The position numbers and the translations under genes are program-made. This document shows positions 47,133 through 56,745 of a DNA stretch of 64,000 nucleotides, piece by piece (positions within the stretch are counted from its first letter, which is position 1; every line of letters begins with the position of its first letter). Source of the DNA: a virus; the IMG/VR virus record IMGVR_UViG_3300020392_000009, positions 27,672 through 91,671 of that record. One strand, given 5' to 3'. Under the pieces are notes generated by a model. It made no database searches. It saw nothing but the letters and a program-made list of their open reading frames with translations, and was not told the DNA's origin.

Positions 47133-48323
47133 ATGAATGAAGAAAAAGAATACACAATAGAAATAGATATACCCACGCCCGACGACCAACATGAAACTTA
47201 TGGTAAATTTACTATTACTTGGGAAGGTCGCCGCTATGAATGGAATTCCGCCGTATTAAATATTAGAAATGGTGCAAAAGACCCTATTTTTGAATCGGTT
47301 AGAGGATATTTTAAAACCCAACTAGCCAATCTAAAGCATAAAAAAGAAATGTATTTCAGTATAGGTAATGTTCCTGTTCTATTAGAATATTCGTCTAGAT
47401 ACTACATGAACGGTAAAGCGGTTAGTTTCAATCATATGCTTAGTGTTCTTGCTAGAGTGGCATTAAAGTCTGTTTGGACTGATGATAAATTACAATTACA
47501 AAGAACCCTACTTAAGACTCTAAATGTATCAGAGGACATTAGATATGTTTTAGAAAACAGAATGCCATATAATTTTTACAAAGACTTTGATAAAGTAGAA
47601 GTTAGGTTGAATGTTCAACAAATAGGCTCTGACGAATATGCCGTAGAGGTTAGTGATGGAATTTGGGGAACTATGAAAGGTAAAGATATTAACTCCTTTT
47701 GTTCCTTTTTCTTACATGGTAAAAAAACAGGAAAGTGGAAATTTTGTTCGCCTAATAGATTATTCGTAGAGACTGTTGGCCGTAAACCAACCCCTTCCGA
47801 AATAGAATTGATGATTCCTTTTCTAGAGCAAAATAGGACTGCTGATTTGATTGAGAAGAGAGCGCAAGAATTAGTTCAAGATATGGTAAAACAATTCTCT
47901 AATAGAATTACCCTCATCTACAAAGAGTCTAGAAAATTAGACGGCATGGTGGTTAGAGGAAAGGGCTATGATTGGTTTATTAGAGATAATGGAACTAGAA
48001 GCGGAACACAAAGAGTTTCTACTTATGTTTTATCTTCTAAGACAGAAGTTCAATATCATGGCGATGATGATGATGTTGGAGTAGAAATAGAATCTAATGA
48101 TTGGAGAGGGCCAATTTGTATAGATAATATGTCTAATAATGCCCCATTAGGCGACCAAATGTGTGCTAGGGCGTTTGCCGCACTCAATGATATCATGATG
48201 ATAAAAAGAGTAAGCACCATTAAAGGCTACATTAACAATATTGAGCCTAATACAGTTAGGTTAGATGATTTTGTTTTTGAGCAGGAGAGATTAGATGACA
48301 AGAAATTACACTTATATTTGTGA
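47133..48323 (+). CDS. Hypothetical protein with a C-terminal GPICID Cys motif (E2-like candidate)
   Basis: 396 aa; NDWRGPICIDN resembles the E2 GxICL active-site loop. Confidence 0.55.
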   Translation: MNEEKEYTIEIDIPTPDDQHETYGKFTITWEGRRYEWNSAVLNIRNGAKDPIFESVRGYFKTQLANLKHKKEMYFSIGNVPVLLEYSSRYYMNGKAVSFNHMLSVLARVALKSVWTDDKLQLQRTLLKTLNVSEDIRYVLENRMPYNFYKDFDKVEVRLNVQQIGSDEYAVEVSDGIWGTMKGKDINSFCSFFLHGKKTGKWKFCSPNRLFVETVGRKPTPSEIELMIPFLEQNRTADLIEKRAQELVQDMVKQFSNRITLIYKESRKLDGMVVRGKGYDWFIRDNGTRSGTQRVSTYVLSSKTEVQYHGDDDDVGVEIESNDWRGPICIDNMSNNAPLGDQMCARAFAALNDIMMIKRVSTIKGYINNIEPNTVRLDDFVFEQERLDDKKLHLYL

Positions 48324-49155
48324 AGAGTGTTCTAGTAAATCAGTATCCTTTAACGAAAGACTAGGAGAAATGACCTGCGATGAATGTGGTTTAGTTATAA
48401 TAACCGAACTCTTTGAAGAAACGGTTCTTCCTGTTGATAAGAAAGGTAATTTTGTTCATTCTCCGGATAGAGGTAAATTAGGCTCTGTGATTAACGGTAA
48501 ATTAGGTAAAGTAGCAAAACACCACCATGTTAAATCTAATTACTCTTCCTACATCATGAGAGGATTATCTTTTTGTAAAATACTTCTAGCGAACTTTACT
48601 TCTAGTAGTTCAATAAGAGATAGATGCGAAGAGATATACATTACGCTATATCGAAAAAACATTATCAATAGGTCATCTTACGAGGATAGAGCCTGTGCAA
48701 TTGTATATTACTGTCTATTAGAAAATAATACGCCTGTAAAATATGCAGATGTTTGCTCGATAGAGTTTCAAAACGATAAGTCTAAAGTAATTAAATTAGT
48801 TAAGAAAATCAAAAAGACCTTTGGTAAAGTGACTAGACCAATAGACTACCGCTATGAAATAGAAAGAGTAGCAGTTCAAGTTCTAAACAATATAGGATTT
48901 GTTCAACAATGCTTAGATATACATGATTATTTTCAACCAATAATAAACGAAAGTAATTACAATATTCCTACTACCTATCCTGTGGCAATTGCTTGGATAG
49001 CGACTAATGTTAATTGTAGAACCGATGTAACGGCTAGTAAGATAAGTAGGAATTGTAGTGTATCTAGGTGGTCTATTAGAAACACAACTAATAGACTATT
49101 AGAATTAATAGGAAAAGAAGAAATAAAACAAATAAGAGGAAAGGAATTAAAATGA
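48295..49155 (+). CDS. tfb: Transcription factor B (TFIIB) homolog
   Basis: N-terminal Zn ribbon CEEC...GEMTCDECGLVI, then two cyclin-like repeats. Confidence 0.8.
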   Translation: MTRNYTYICEECSSKSVSFNERLGEMTCDECGLVIITELFEETVLPVDKKGNFVHSPDRGKLGSVINGKLGKVAKHHHVKSNYSSYIMRGLSFCKILLANFTSSSSIRDRCEEIYITLYRKNIINRSSYEDRACAIVYYCLLENNTPVKYADVCSIEFQNDKSKVIKLVKKIKKTFGKVTRPIDYRYEIERVAVQVLNNIGFVQQCLDIHDYFQPIINESNYNIPTTYPVAIAWIATNVNCRTDVTASKISRNCSVSRWSIRNTTNRLLELIGKEEIKQIRGKELK

Positions 49156-49352
49156 TAAATGAAGAATGGATTGAATACTATGTGTATTTAGAAGAATTAC
49201 GACAAAGTGGAGTAACCAATATGTTTGGTTCTGCTCCATATTTGAGAGAGGAGTTCGGCTTAGGCCGAAGAGAATCAATAAAGATTGTAGCAAACTGGAT
49301 GGATAACTACGAAGAATTGATAGAGAAAGGAATAATTAGTAGAGGTGAATAA
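49152..49352 (+). CDS. Small conserved viral protein
   Basis: YLEELRQSGVTNMFGSAPYL. Confidence 0.65.
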   Translation: MINEEWIEYYVYLEELRQSGVTNMFGSAPYLREEFGLGRRESIKIVANWMDNYEELIEKGIISRGE

Positions 49353-49743
49353 TATGAAAAATTTGATTGACCCTAAGACAAAAGCGAAGATGTTGAAAGA
49401 ACAGTTTGATGTTAAAACATATTGTGGAATAGCAGATGCTCATGGTTTAGAGTCTTTCATGGAATGCGAGGGCATTGGATATGCTCCAATGACCATTACT
49501 ATGAGAGCAAGGCTAAATAGACAAAGACACGCTATGGTTTATTGGGTAGAATTACCCGATAACAAGGCAGAACAAATGAACGAAGCAATAGAGCAAGCGC
49601 AAAAAGATAACAATTGGCACACGCCATTGTTACTACTAAAGAATCCCGACTTTGTTGAGAATGTATCATTTGAAAATTCTATGAAAAGTAGTTGGGATAT
49701 GTTACCTAATGACAAACTAGACCCATATTGGGGGGGACAGTAA
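49345..49743 (+). CDS. Hypothetical protein
   Basis: YCGIADAHGLESF; 132 aa. Confidence 0.65.
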   Translation: MNNMKNLIDPKTKAKMLKEQFDVKTYCGIADAHGLESFMECEGIGYAPMTITMRARLNRQRHAMVYWVELPDNKAEQMNEAIEQAQKDNNWHTPLLLLKNPDFVENVSFENSMKSSWDMLPNDKLDPYWGGQ

Positions 49744-49957
49744 TGAAAGACAAATTACAATACCCAACAATAGCAATACAACTAGTAAATCCACAAGGTA
49801 TGCCTTATGATATGCCGGATGATTGGATAGAAACCGTTCTTTCTATTGCGGCTATAATTAATGATAAGTATAAGATTGGCGTTGATACAGTCTTTGGAAC
49901 AGCATCAAGAGAAGGATTTGAAATATTAAGTAAAGAATGTAGTAAAGAGGAATAAAA

Positions 49958-50218
49958 ATGTTAAGGAATAAAGATGGAAAATTGTATGTAGGAGATAAAG
50001 AAGTTATCAAAGGCTACGAATCATTTAGTGGTTGGTATTGGTTTGTAACTGAAATAGAAGAAGAGGATTATGGAGGACATCCTCTATACTTTGGATATGT
50101 TCAAGGCTTTGAAAATGAATGGGGAACATTTTGGCATGGAGAACTACAACCGCTAATTGAACAAGGTAGAGTTTGGGAGATTAATGAAGTTGATTTACCA
50201 TATGCAGGGAGGAGATAA
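49958..50218 (+). CDS. DUF2958-like protein
   Basis: GWYWFVTE...FGYVQGFENEWGTF...EL. Confidence 0.6.
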   Translation: MLRNKDGKLYVGDKEVIKGYESFSGWYWFVTEIEEEDYGGHPLYFGYVQGFENEWGTFWHGELQPLIEQGRVWEINEVDLPYAGRR

Positions 50219-50219
50219 A

Positions 50220-50777
50220 ATGAAAAGAAAAGTATTAGTAATTGGAGCAGGAGGTATTGGGAGTTTCTTGATACCTCTTTTAGATAAAGTAGGATTGTAT
50301 GACATAACGGTGGCAGACCCCGATAAAGTAGAAACGAAGAACCTACCTTATCAAAATTTTACAGAATCTCTAGTAGGAAAGAATAAAGCAGTTGTTATGG
50401 GTCATTATAAATCCGTATCTAATAGTATTGTTTATCCTATTCTAACTGAAAAACAAATGAAAGGTTATGACTTGGTTATTTGTTGTGTAGACAATTTAGG
50501 CCTTAGAAGGACAATGTATAACACAAAGATTAAGTGGTTAGACTTGCGGGCGCAAGGCAGGAATGCCGCACTTGTGAGCCATAAAGCCGACATTAAGATG
50601 TATGAAAGTTTATTGGCAGGTAAAGATGGGTCATTCTCTTGTCAAGGAGATTCTTGGGATGGGAGTAACAAAGGAGTTCATTTTATGCAAGTTGCTATCG
50701 CAGGAATGGGCGCACAATGGATTCAAAGATACTTCAATGATGAAGAAGTATGTGACTTTAAGGTGGTGAATGTATGA
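50220..50777 (+). CDS. ThiF/MoeB/E1-like adenylating enzyme
   Basis: VLVIGAGGIGS, DPDKVETKNLPYQ, GKNKA, CCVDN; probable ATG at 50220. Confidence 0.88.
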   Translation: MKRKVLVIGAGGIGSFLIPLLDKVGLYDITVADPDKVETKNLPYQNFTESLVGKNKAVVMGHYKSVSNSIVYPILTEKQMKGYDLVICCVDNLGLRRTMYNTKIKWLDLRAQGRNAALVSHKADIKMYESLLAGKDGSFSCQGDSWDGSNKGVHFMQVAIAGMGAQWIQRYFNDEEVCDFKVVNV

Positions 50778-51295
50778 GTAAAATAAAGGATAAGTATTTT
50801 GATAAAATAAATAATGATGATAATTCGTATGAGCAGTGGATGGAAGAACTAAAGGAAAAGAGATTCTTGGCCGAGAGGCATATCATAGATAACTATGATA
50901 AGTCAAAAAACATTAAAGAATTGTTTGAACCTATTTGGTATGCTTCTACTAAGATTCTGCCTCATCTAGAAGTTCAAGTTGTTATTGATGCTAATAGAGA
51001 TATCCATGTTTCAACCGGAACAGCAGGATATGTAGACTTTCAAATAAATCCTGTTGGTATGAAACTACCTGTTGAATGTTGGATACATACTCATCCTTTC
51101 GCTGTTGCTTATTTTAGTGGAACAGATATAGGGACTGTTAGAGTTTGGCAACCCATTATGAAAGAAGCCTATGTATTAGGTGGAGTGGAACATTATGGTC
51201 ATTGGACTCAAGATAGACCTAATGCACTAGATATTTTTCATAACAACGAATATGAAGAAACACAAGTTTGGAATAGAAGAGGTGAAGAAGAATGA
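50774..51295 (+). CDS. JAB/MPN+ metalloprotease (deubiquitinase-like)
   Basis: LEV...WIHTHPFAVAYFSGTD matches E...HxH-x7-S-x2-D. Confidence 0.85.
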   Translation: MSKIKDKYFDKINNDDNSYEQWMEELKEKRFLAERHIIDNYDKSKNIKELFEPIWYASTKILPHLEVQVVIDANRDIHVSTGTAGYVDFQINPVGMKLPVECWIHTHPFAVAYFSGTDIGTVRVWQPIMKEAYVLGGVEHYGHWTQDRPNALDIFHNNEYEETQVWNRRGEEE

Positions 51296-51522
51296 AAGCA
51301 TATGGAGATTGGGTTGTTCTAGAAAGAACAACAAAGAAACTAACAAGTGGATTAATGATTGATGCAGGTAATGTTGGATTAGTAGTAGATTCAGCAGATA
51401 AGAAAATCATAGGAAAGCGTGTTTTGTTTTCTCAAAAGCATGAACAACATACCTATGGTGATTATTTCATGGTTCACAAAAATGCGGTAATGGCAATAAT
51501 ACAGGAAAAGGATGACGAATGA
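51292..51522 (+). CDS. groES: Co-chaperonin GroES-like protein
   Basis: MKAYGDWVVLE...TSGLMI...VLF...VMAII, directly upstream of GroEL. Confidence 0.75.
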   Translation: MKAYGDWVVLERTTKKLTSGLMIDAGNVGLVVDSADKKIIGKRVLFSQKHEQHTYGDYFMVHKNAVMAIIQEKDDE

Positions 51523-53042
51523 TAATTAAAGGAACAGAAGTGAAAGAAAAACTATTGAAGGGAATAGATATTGTAGCAGAGACAGTAAAGCCTACACTTG
51601 GCCCACAAGCGAGAACAGTAATATTACAAGGTAATCCTCCGATAGTAATTAACGACGGAGTTACAATTACTAGATATATTAGTCATGAAGACCCTTATAT
51701 TCAAATGGGTATTCAATTGGTGCAAAATCTAGCAAGTAAAGCACAAGAGGGTAGTGGTGATGGAACTACTACTGCTTGTATTCTTGCTCAAGCATTATGT
51801 CATAATATGCTAGATGCACCGGAAATGAATGTTCATCAGTTTAATAGTCTAATTGAAGCACTAAAGGTTCTTACGATTCAATATTTGAATGATGAAGCGC
51901 AAGAAGTTGAGGATATAGATATACTTGGCGTGGCAACAATAGCCGCTAATAATGATAGTGAAATGGGTTCACTTATTAATGAAGCAGTGGGTATGGTTGG
52001 AAGAAGCGGAATAATAACAGTAGAGGAATCTAATTCTTACAAAACAGAATTAGTGCTACGAGAAGGATTAGAAATTAATGAGGGATATCTAAGTCATCTA
52101 ATGTGTAATACAGATGGTGGAAAGGTGGTATATGAGAACCCTATAATCTTCTTATCTAATTTATCCTTCAACGCTTTCAAAGACTTAATACCTATGTTAG
52201 AGTATGCTAGTCAAGCAGGTAGGCCACTTCTAATCCTATGCAAAGGACTAGAAAGTTCAGCCATGAATAATCTACTTATGAATATCATAAATAATACAGT
52301 TCAATGTTCAGCAATACTAGCACCTAACTTTGGTGATGAGCAGTTGGATGAACTTCTAGACTTACAAACAGTAGTCGGAGGAAAGGTGTTTGCTTCAGAA
52401 GTAAAAGACGACCCTACCATATTTGTTGATGAGTCTTTTGGAAGTTGTGAACGGGTAGTTATAACAAAAGAAAAAACTACCTTTATCGGAACTAGCGGGA
52501 CAGAAGAAGCCGTTGAAAATAGAATTCAAGAACTGGCCAAAACTCTAGAGGAAATAAAGGGACATAGAGCCGCTAGACTAAAGAGCAGAATTGCTAGGCT
52601 TAAGGGAGGCATCGCTACCATTAAGGTTGGCGCTTCTTCATCTATTGAAATGAGGGAAAAGAAAGAAAGATTAGACGATGCTCTTAACGCTACAAAGGCC
52701 GCATTAGAAGAAGGCATTATTGTCGGTGGTGGATTAACTCTAGCAAGAGCCGCTAAGAAAGCGGCAAAGGGAATAAAACACAGCGATTGGTTTTATTCTG
52801 CTATGCAAGAACCAATTAAAGTATTACAAACAAATAGCGGTATAACTACACCAAATATTAGTTTTGATAAAATGAAAACGAGGAACATAGGTTTCAATGC
52901 TCTAACAGGTAAAACTCAAGACTTGAAAGCGGCAGGTATTTTCGACCCCGTTAAAGTCACCAAAAATAGTTTCTTAGCGGCTATGTCAATAGCACAATTG
53001 TTCTATTCAACAGATGTAGCAGTCCTGTTACCGGAGGAATAA
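51519..53042 (+). CDS. groEL: Group I chaperonin GroEL
   Basis: VKPTLGP, NDGVTI, GDGTTTA, APNFGD, DALNATKAALEEGIIVGGG, GIFDPVKV. Confidence 0.93.
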   Translation: MIIKGTEVKEKLLKGIDIVAETVKPTLGPQARTVILQGNPPIVINDGVTITRYISHEDPYIQMGIQLVQNLASKAQEGSGDGTTTACILAQALCHNMLDAPEMNVHQFNSLIEALKVLTIQYLNDEAQEVEDIDILGVATIAANNDSEMGSLINEAVGMVGRSGIITVEESNSYKTELVLREGLEINEGYLSHLMCNTDGGKVVYENPIIFLSNLSFNAFKDLIPMLEYASQAGRPLLILCKGLESSAMNNLLMNIINNTVQCSAILAPNFGDEQLDELLDLQTVVGGKVFASEVKDDPTIFVDESFGSCERVVITKEKTTFIGTSGTEEAVENRIQELAKTLEEIKGHRAARLKSRIARLKGGIATIKVGASSSIEMREKKERLDDALNATKAALEEGIIVGGGLTLARAAKKAAKGIKHSDWFYSAMQEPIKVLQTNSGITTPNISFDKMKTRNIGFNALTGKTQDLKAAGIFDPVKVTKNSFLAAMSIAQLFYSTDVAVLLPEE

Positions 53043-53044
53043 AT

Positions 53045-53242
53045 ATGGGATATAGAGAAATGAAAAATTTAGCCTGTTATGTTGCTGTCAATCTCTATGA
53101 TTGGGATAAGCAAGACATAGAAAGTATGGTAGAACAAGTAGGTTGTATTGAAACCGTAGTTGATTTTCTTACAGCGTATGAACACAGATTCGGCCTCGAT
53201 TTGAAAGATAAAATCGAATGGGCTTTGCTAGCGGAGGAATAA
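53045..53242 (+). CDS. Hypothetical protein
   Basis: 65 aa with a GGAGG RBS. Confidence 0.55.
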   Translation: MGYREMKNLACYVAVNLYDWDKQDIESMVEQVGCIETVVDFLTAYEHRFGLDLKDKIEWALLAEE

Positions 53243-53243
53243 A

Positions 53244-53900
53244 ATGAAATATAATAGTTTCAAGAAACAAAGAAAATCTAAAAAATCTAAGAAATCTAAA
53301 AAGAATGCTTGGACTCCTTTGGTTAGATTTGAACTAACAAACGAATATTTCCCCAATGTTGATGTAAGCAGTTTAGAATATGATGAGTATTGGTGTAATG
53401 ATGAATATATCGTTAAGGTATATTATCCGAATAATCCTGCTCATCAATTCTCAAATAACAAGTTTACATGGTTATGTTTTAGAAATGTTAGAAATACTCA
53501 TACTGCTCACGATTGGCGAGATATGCAAATGATGAAAAATCAAATATGCGGTGAAGAAAGAACCGCAGTAGAGGTTTTTCCTCCTATGAGTAAACTAGTT
53601 GATACCTGTAATCAGTTTCATATGTGGGTTTATCCCGAAGACTACAAGTTGGATTTTGGATATAACGAACAATCTATTATGCCCAACACTACAATTGCTA
53701 AAGAGGCCTTCAATAATAGTATGAATAAGGCAATAAAAGAGGCTAAAACGGAAGAAGAAAAAAGATACTTACTTTCAACAAAACATCGTGTAGAAGTAGA
53801 CCCTACACATGGAAAGCAAAGAGCCATGCCCGAACATTTTCTATCGCCCGAACTGATGGATAAGTTAGGATATAGATATGAGAGGGGTGATGATAAATGA
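53244..53900 (+). CDS. Conserved viral hypothetical protein
   Basis: DWRDMQMMKNQICGEERTAVEVFPP...NQFHMW. Confidence 0.65.
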   Translation: MKYNSFKKQRKSKKSKKSKKNAWTPLVRFELTNEYFPNVDVSSLEYDEYWCNDEYIVKVYYPNNPAHQFSNNKFTWLCFRNVRNTHTAHDWRDMQMMKNQICGEERTAVEVFPPMSKLVDTCNQFHMWVYPEDYKLDFGYNEQSIMPNTTIAKEAFNNSMNKAIKEAKTEEEKRYLLSTKHRVEVDPTHGKQRAMPEHFLSPELMDKLGYRYERGDDK

Positions 53901-53991
53901 TTAAATGTCCTAATTGTTGGAGAGATATGACTAAGTATTATGCTAGAAGATATGGTAAATGTAAGGTATGTTTAGAGAATGGTGATGAAAA

Positions 53992-54393
53992 ATGAAAAGA
54001 AGAGCAGTAACAGTAACATTACCTGCACCGCATAAAGCACAGATTAAATGTCCTATTTGTAAAGGAAATAAGTGTATAGTTTGTAACATGACTGGTAATC
54101 TAAAGATAGATGTTGCACCAAAGATACCTATCCAAAGAGCGCACATTATCAAATATGTCGTTGAAAATATACACGATATTGCAGGAGAAATTACAAAGAA
54201 ATATGGTTTAGTTCCTGAAATAAATACCAAAGAAGTAATACAAGTGAATAACGGCCAATATGAGATAGTCCAAATATCTTCTTTGGGCGGGGCTTGTTGG
54301 GTAGTAAACAGATTAGATGAACTAGATACACCTAGATACTTTACTTCTAGAAAAGAATTAGATACATTCAAGCAGGGGTGGTTAAGTGAGTGA
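53992..54393 (+). CDS. Zn-finger protein (DnaJ-type CxxCxG)
   Basis: CPICKGNKCIVCNMTG. Confidence 0.65.
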   Translation: MKRRAVTVTLPAPHKAQIKCPICKGNKCIVCNMTGNLKIDVAPKIPIQRAHIIKYVVENIHDIAGEITKKYGLVPEINTKEVIQVNNGQYEIVQISSLGGACWVVNRLDELDTPRYFTSRKELDTFKQGWLSE

Positions 54394-54592
54394 AATGCCA
54401 ATAGTAGGAAGAGTAATTAGAGACGCAACACAGGAAGTCTTAGTAAAAAGAGGAGTCTATTGGAATATAGAAGTCATGGATATTCGTTGGTTTAAGAATG
54501 ATAAACCAACTAACAAAGGCATTAGGCTAAACATGGAAGAGGCTAAAACTCTTCTAAATATATTAAGGAGTGAATTAGATGACGGGAACTAA
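54386..54592 (+). CDS. PC4-like ssDNA-binding protein
   Basis: MDIRWF...PTNKGIRLNMEE matches the PC4 DIR...PxxKGIxL pattern. Confidence 0.7.
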   Translation: MSEMPIVGRVIRDATQEVLVKRGVYWNIEVMDIRWFKNDKPTNKGIRLNMEEAKTLLNILRSELDDGN

Positions 54593-54854
54593 AGGAATAA
54601 GCAAGAAGTTTGCGAAGAGAAGTTTAGAGAAAGCAAATCAACTTAGGCAACACACGCCTAAAGCATTAGAGGAATACTCTAAGAAGGCACATGAAATATT
54701 GGATTTGTTTTCTTGTTATTTAGAAAATAACATGAAAGTGCCACCAAACTCCGGCAGGGGTTGTCGAATGACAGAAGAACATATCGAATTACATTTTGGT
54801 AAGTTCTATTTAACAATGAGAAAAGCAATGGATAGTGAGAACAATGGATTTTAA
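54579..54854 (+). CDS. Divergent histone-fold protein (candidate)
   Basis: ISKKFAKRSLEKA / RQHTPKALEEY long helix / GR..RMTEEHIEL echoes the archaeal histone layout. Confidence 0.45.
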   Translation: MTGTKGISKKFAKRSLEKANQLRQHTPKALEEYSKKAHEILDLFSCYLENNMKVPPNSGRGCRMTEEHIELHFGKFYLTMRKAMDSENNGF

Positions 54855-55194
54855 TAAATTATATTTAATATGCAATAACAATAAGAAATTTGACAACTGG
54901 ACTTTAAAGTTCAAGAAAAAACTAACTGGTCTAGCATTAGACCATTTCAATCAAGGATGGATTGATGTAAGAAAAGGCAACTACTTAGCAAGAGCAATTT
55001 TTGTGTGCTACTGGGAAATTTATGCTAATGGTAATTTAGCAAAAGTAAGTCCTGCTATTACTCAAGCCACCTTAGTTCATTTAATGCACCGATTTCTAGA
55101 ACAGGAAAGATTTGAAGAAGTTGAATTAATTCAGCATATGATGACTAATTTCCTAAGACTATTGACTGTAGTAGAACAGGAGGAAGAAGAGTGA
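54835..55194 (+). CDS. Hypothetical protein
   Basis: 119 aa, coupled. Confidence 0.6.
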   Translation: MRTMDFNKLYLICNNNKKFDNWTLKFKKKLTGLALDHFNQGWIDVRKGNYLARAIFVCYWEIYANGNLAKVSPAITQATLVHLMHRFLEQERFEEVELIQHMMTNFLRLLTVVEQEEEE

Positions 55195-56726
55195 CTGATA
55201 AATGGATAACAGTTTGCAGGTTATTAGAACAAACAGAAAAAATATTTCCCTCGACTCAAGTAGTATTAGTATCAAGACAACTATCTCACTTCGATAACAA
55301 GGTGAATTTGTTTAAATTACTCTCTCTAGAATTACAAGAAAACAATATAGGTAAGGCCAAAGCAGAATTGTGGGCATCTAAAATATTTGATTTGTTTCCT
55401 GAAGAAGTTGCTAATGCAGTTTCTAATTATGGAGATATAGGTAGTGCTATCTATTTCTTAGAGATATCTAAGAAAGCATCAGATTTTACTTTGAAACAAA
55501 TCTTAGATGTTCTTCAACTAGATTGTGCAAAAGCCTCCGGTTCTACCTTTAAGTTGATTAAAGAAATGGTAACTAAAATGTCCGACATAGAAAGAAAGTG
55601 GTTCTTCAGATTCTTAGTTAGAAAGACTAGAAATAATATGGGAGAAGGACAACTGAAAAAGATATTAGCAAAGCATTACAAATTAAAAACAAAAGATGTA
55701 AAATCTCATTTAAACTTCAACTCATTCTCTGATGTTGTGATGTATTATGAAATGAATGAAACCCCCCCAATGAATTTATCACACGGTTCTTTTGTAAAAC
55801 CAATGTTAGCGAAAGATGTCCCTATGAATAAGTGGCCGGAGAATAAGATTGTAGACTACAAGTATGATGGTAATAGATACCAAATACACAAAGAAGGAGA
55901 TAATGTAATTATCTTCAATCGTAAGGGTTCTATTGTCACACCACAGTTTCAAGATGTTGTGGAGCGAGTTAGAAAGTATGATGTAGATTGCATTCTTGAT
56001 GGTGAGATATATCCAATTAATGATGATGGTTCACCTGCTGAACACAAACTAATGGGAACAAGAGTTCATTCTAAAGACCATGCAGAAGCAAGAGAAAGAG
56101 TCAAAGTTAAGTGGGTTATATTTGATTGCCTCAAGATGGGAGATGAGACTATTATGGATTTAGAGTATCTTAGTAGATTACAATATATGAAAAAATTACC
56201 TGACCAAGCACATAGAATGAAAGAGGGCGGTGATGTTCTAGCATTCTATAATAGAGCGATTAACGATGGTTTTGAGGGCATTATTGTTAAGGATGCTACC
56301 TTACCCTATGAGGCAGGTAAAAGAAGCGTGGGATGGGCTAAATACAAGCCTCCTCGCATTGAATTAGATGTGGCTATTATAGCGGCTAAATATGGTCAAG
56401 GTGATAAGTGTGATGTCTTTGCTTCATTCAACATAGGAGTAAAAACAGATGTAGACTTTCATCCGGTTGGATGGGTTGGAACAGGATTTTCGGACGATGA
56501 ATTGTATGAATTAACTAAGTCTTTACGAAAAAATGTGGAGTATTTTTCCGGTGGAATTTACAAATTGCTTCCAAGAACAGTTTTAGAAGTTTCAGCAGAT
56601 TTAGTGTCAATGGATGAAAAAGGAAACTATGGTCTTAGATTCCCTAGATGTAAAAGAATTAGAGAAGATAAATTCGTAGCAGACACAAATACTCTAGATG
56701 ACATAATTAGATTATATTCCGAATAA
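55191..56726 (+). CDS. lig: ATP-dependent DNA ligase (replication module)
   Basis: KPMLA, YKYDGNR, ILDGEI, IFDCL, EGIIVK, WAKYK, VGTGFSD, LRFPR. Confidence 0.93.
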   Translation: MTDKWITVCRLLEQTEKIFPSTQVVLVSRQLSHFDNKVNLFKLLSLELQENNIGKAKAELWASKIFDLFPEEVANAVSNYGDIGSAIYFLEISKKASDFTLKQILDVLQLDCAKASGSTFKLIKEMVTKMSDIERKWFFRFLVRKTRNNMGEGQLKKILAKHYKLKTKDVKSHLNFNSFSDVVMYYEMNETPPMNLSHGSFVKPMLAKDVPMNKWPENKIVDYKYDGNRYQIHKEGDNVIIFNRKGSIVTPQFQDVVERVRKYDVDCILDGEIYPINDDGSPAEHKLMGTRVHSKDHAEARERVKVKWVIFDCLKMGDETIMDLEYLSRLQYMKKLPDQAHRMKEGGDVLAFYNRAINDGFEGIIVKDATLPYEAGKRSVGWAKYKPPRIELDVAIIAAKYGQGDKCDVFASFNIGVKTDVDFHPVGWVGTGFSDDELYELTKSLRKNVEYFSGGIYKLLPRTVLEVSADLVSMDEKGNYGLRFPRCKRIREDKFVADTNTLDDIIRLYSE

Positions 56727-56745
56727 CGCTAAAGGTGATTATTTA

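Noticed and set aside
50220-50777. ThiF as a thiamine or molybdopterin biosynthesis gene
   Set aside because: No thiG, moaE or sulfurtransferase partners in the window; the adjacent JAB and blocked-GG Ubl fit conjugation better. Partners outside the window cannot be excluded.
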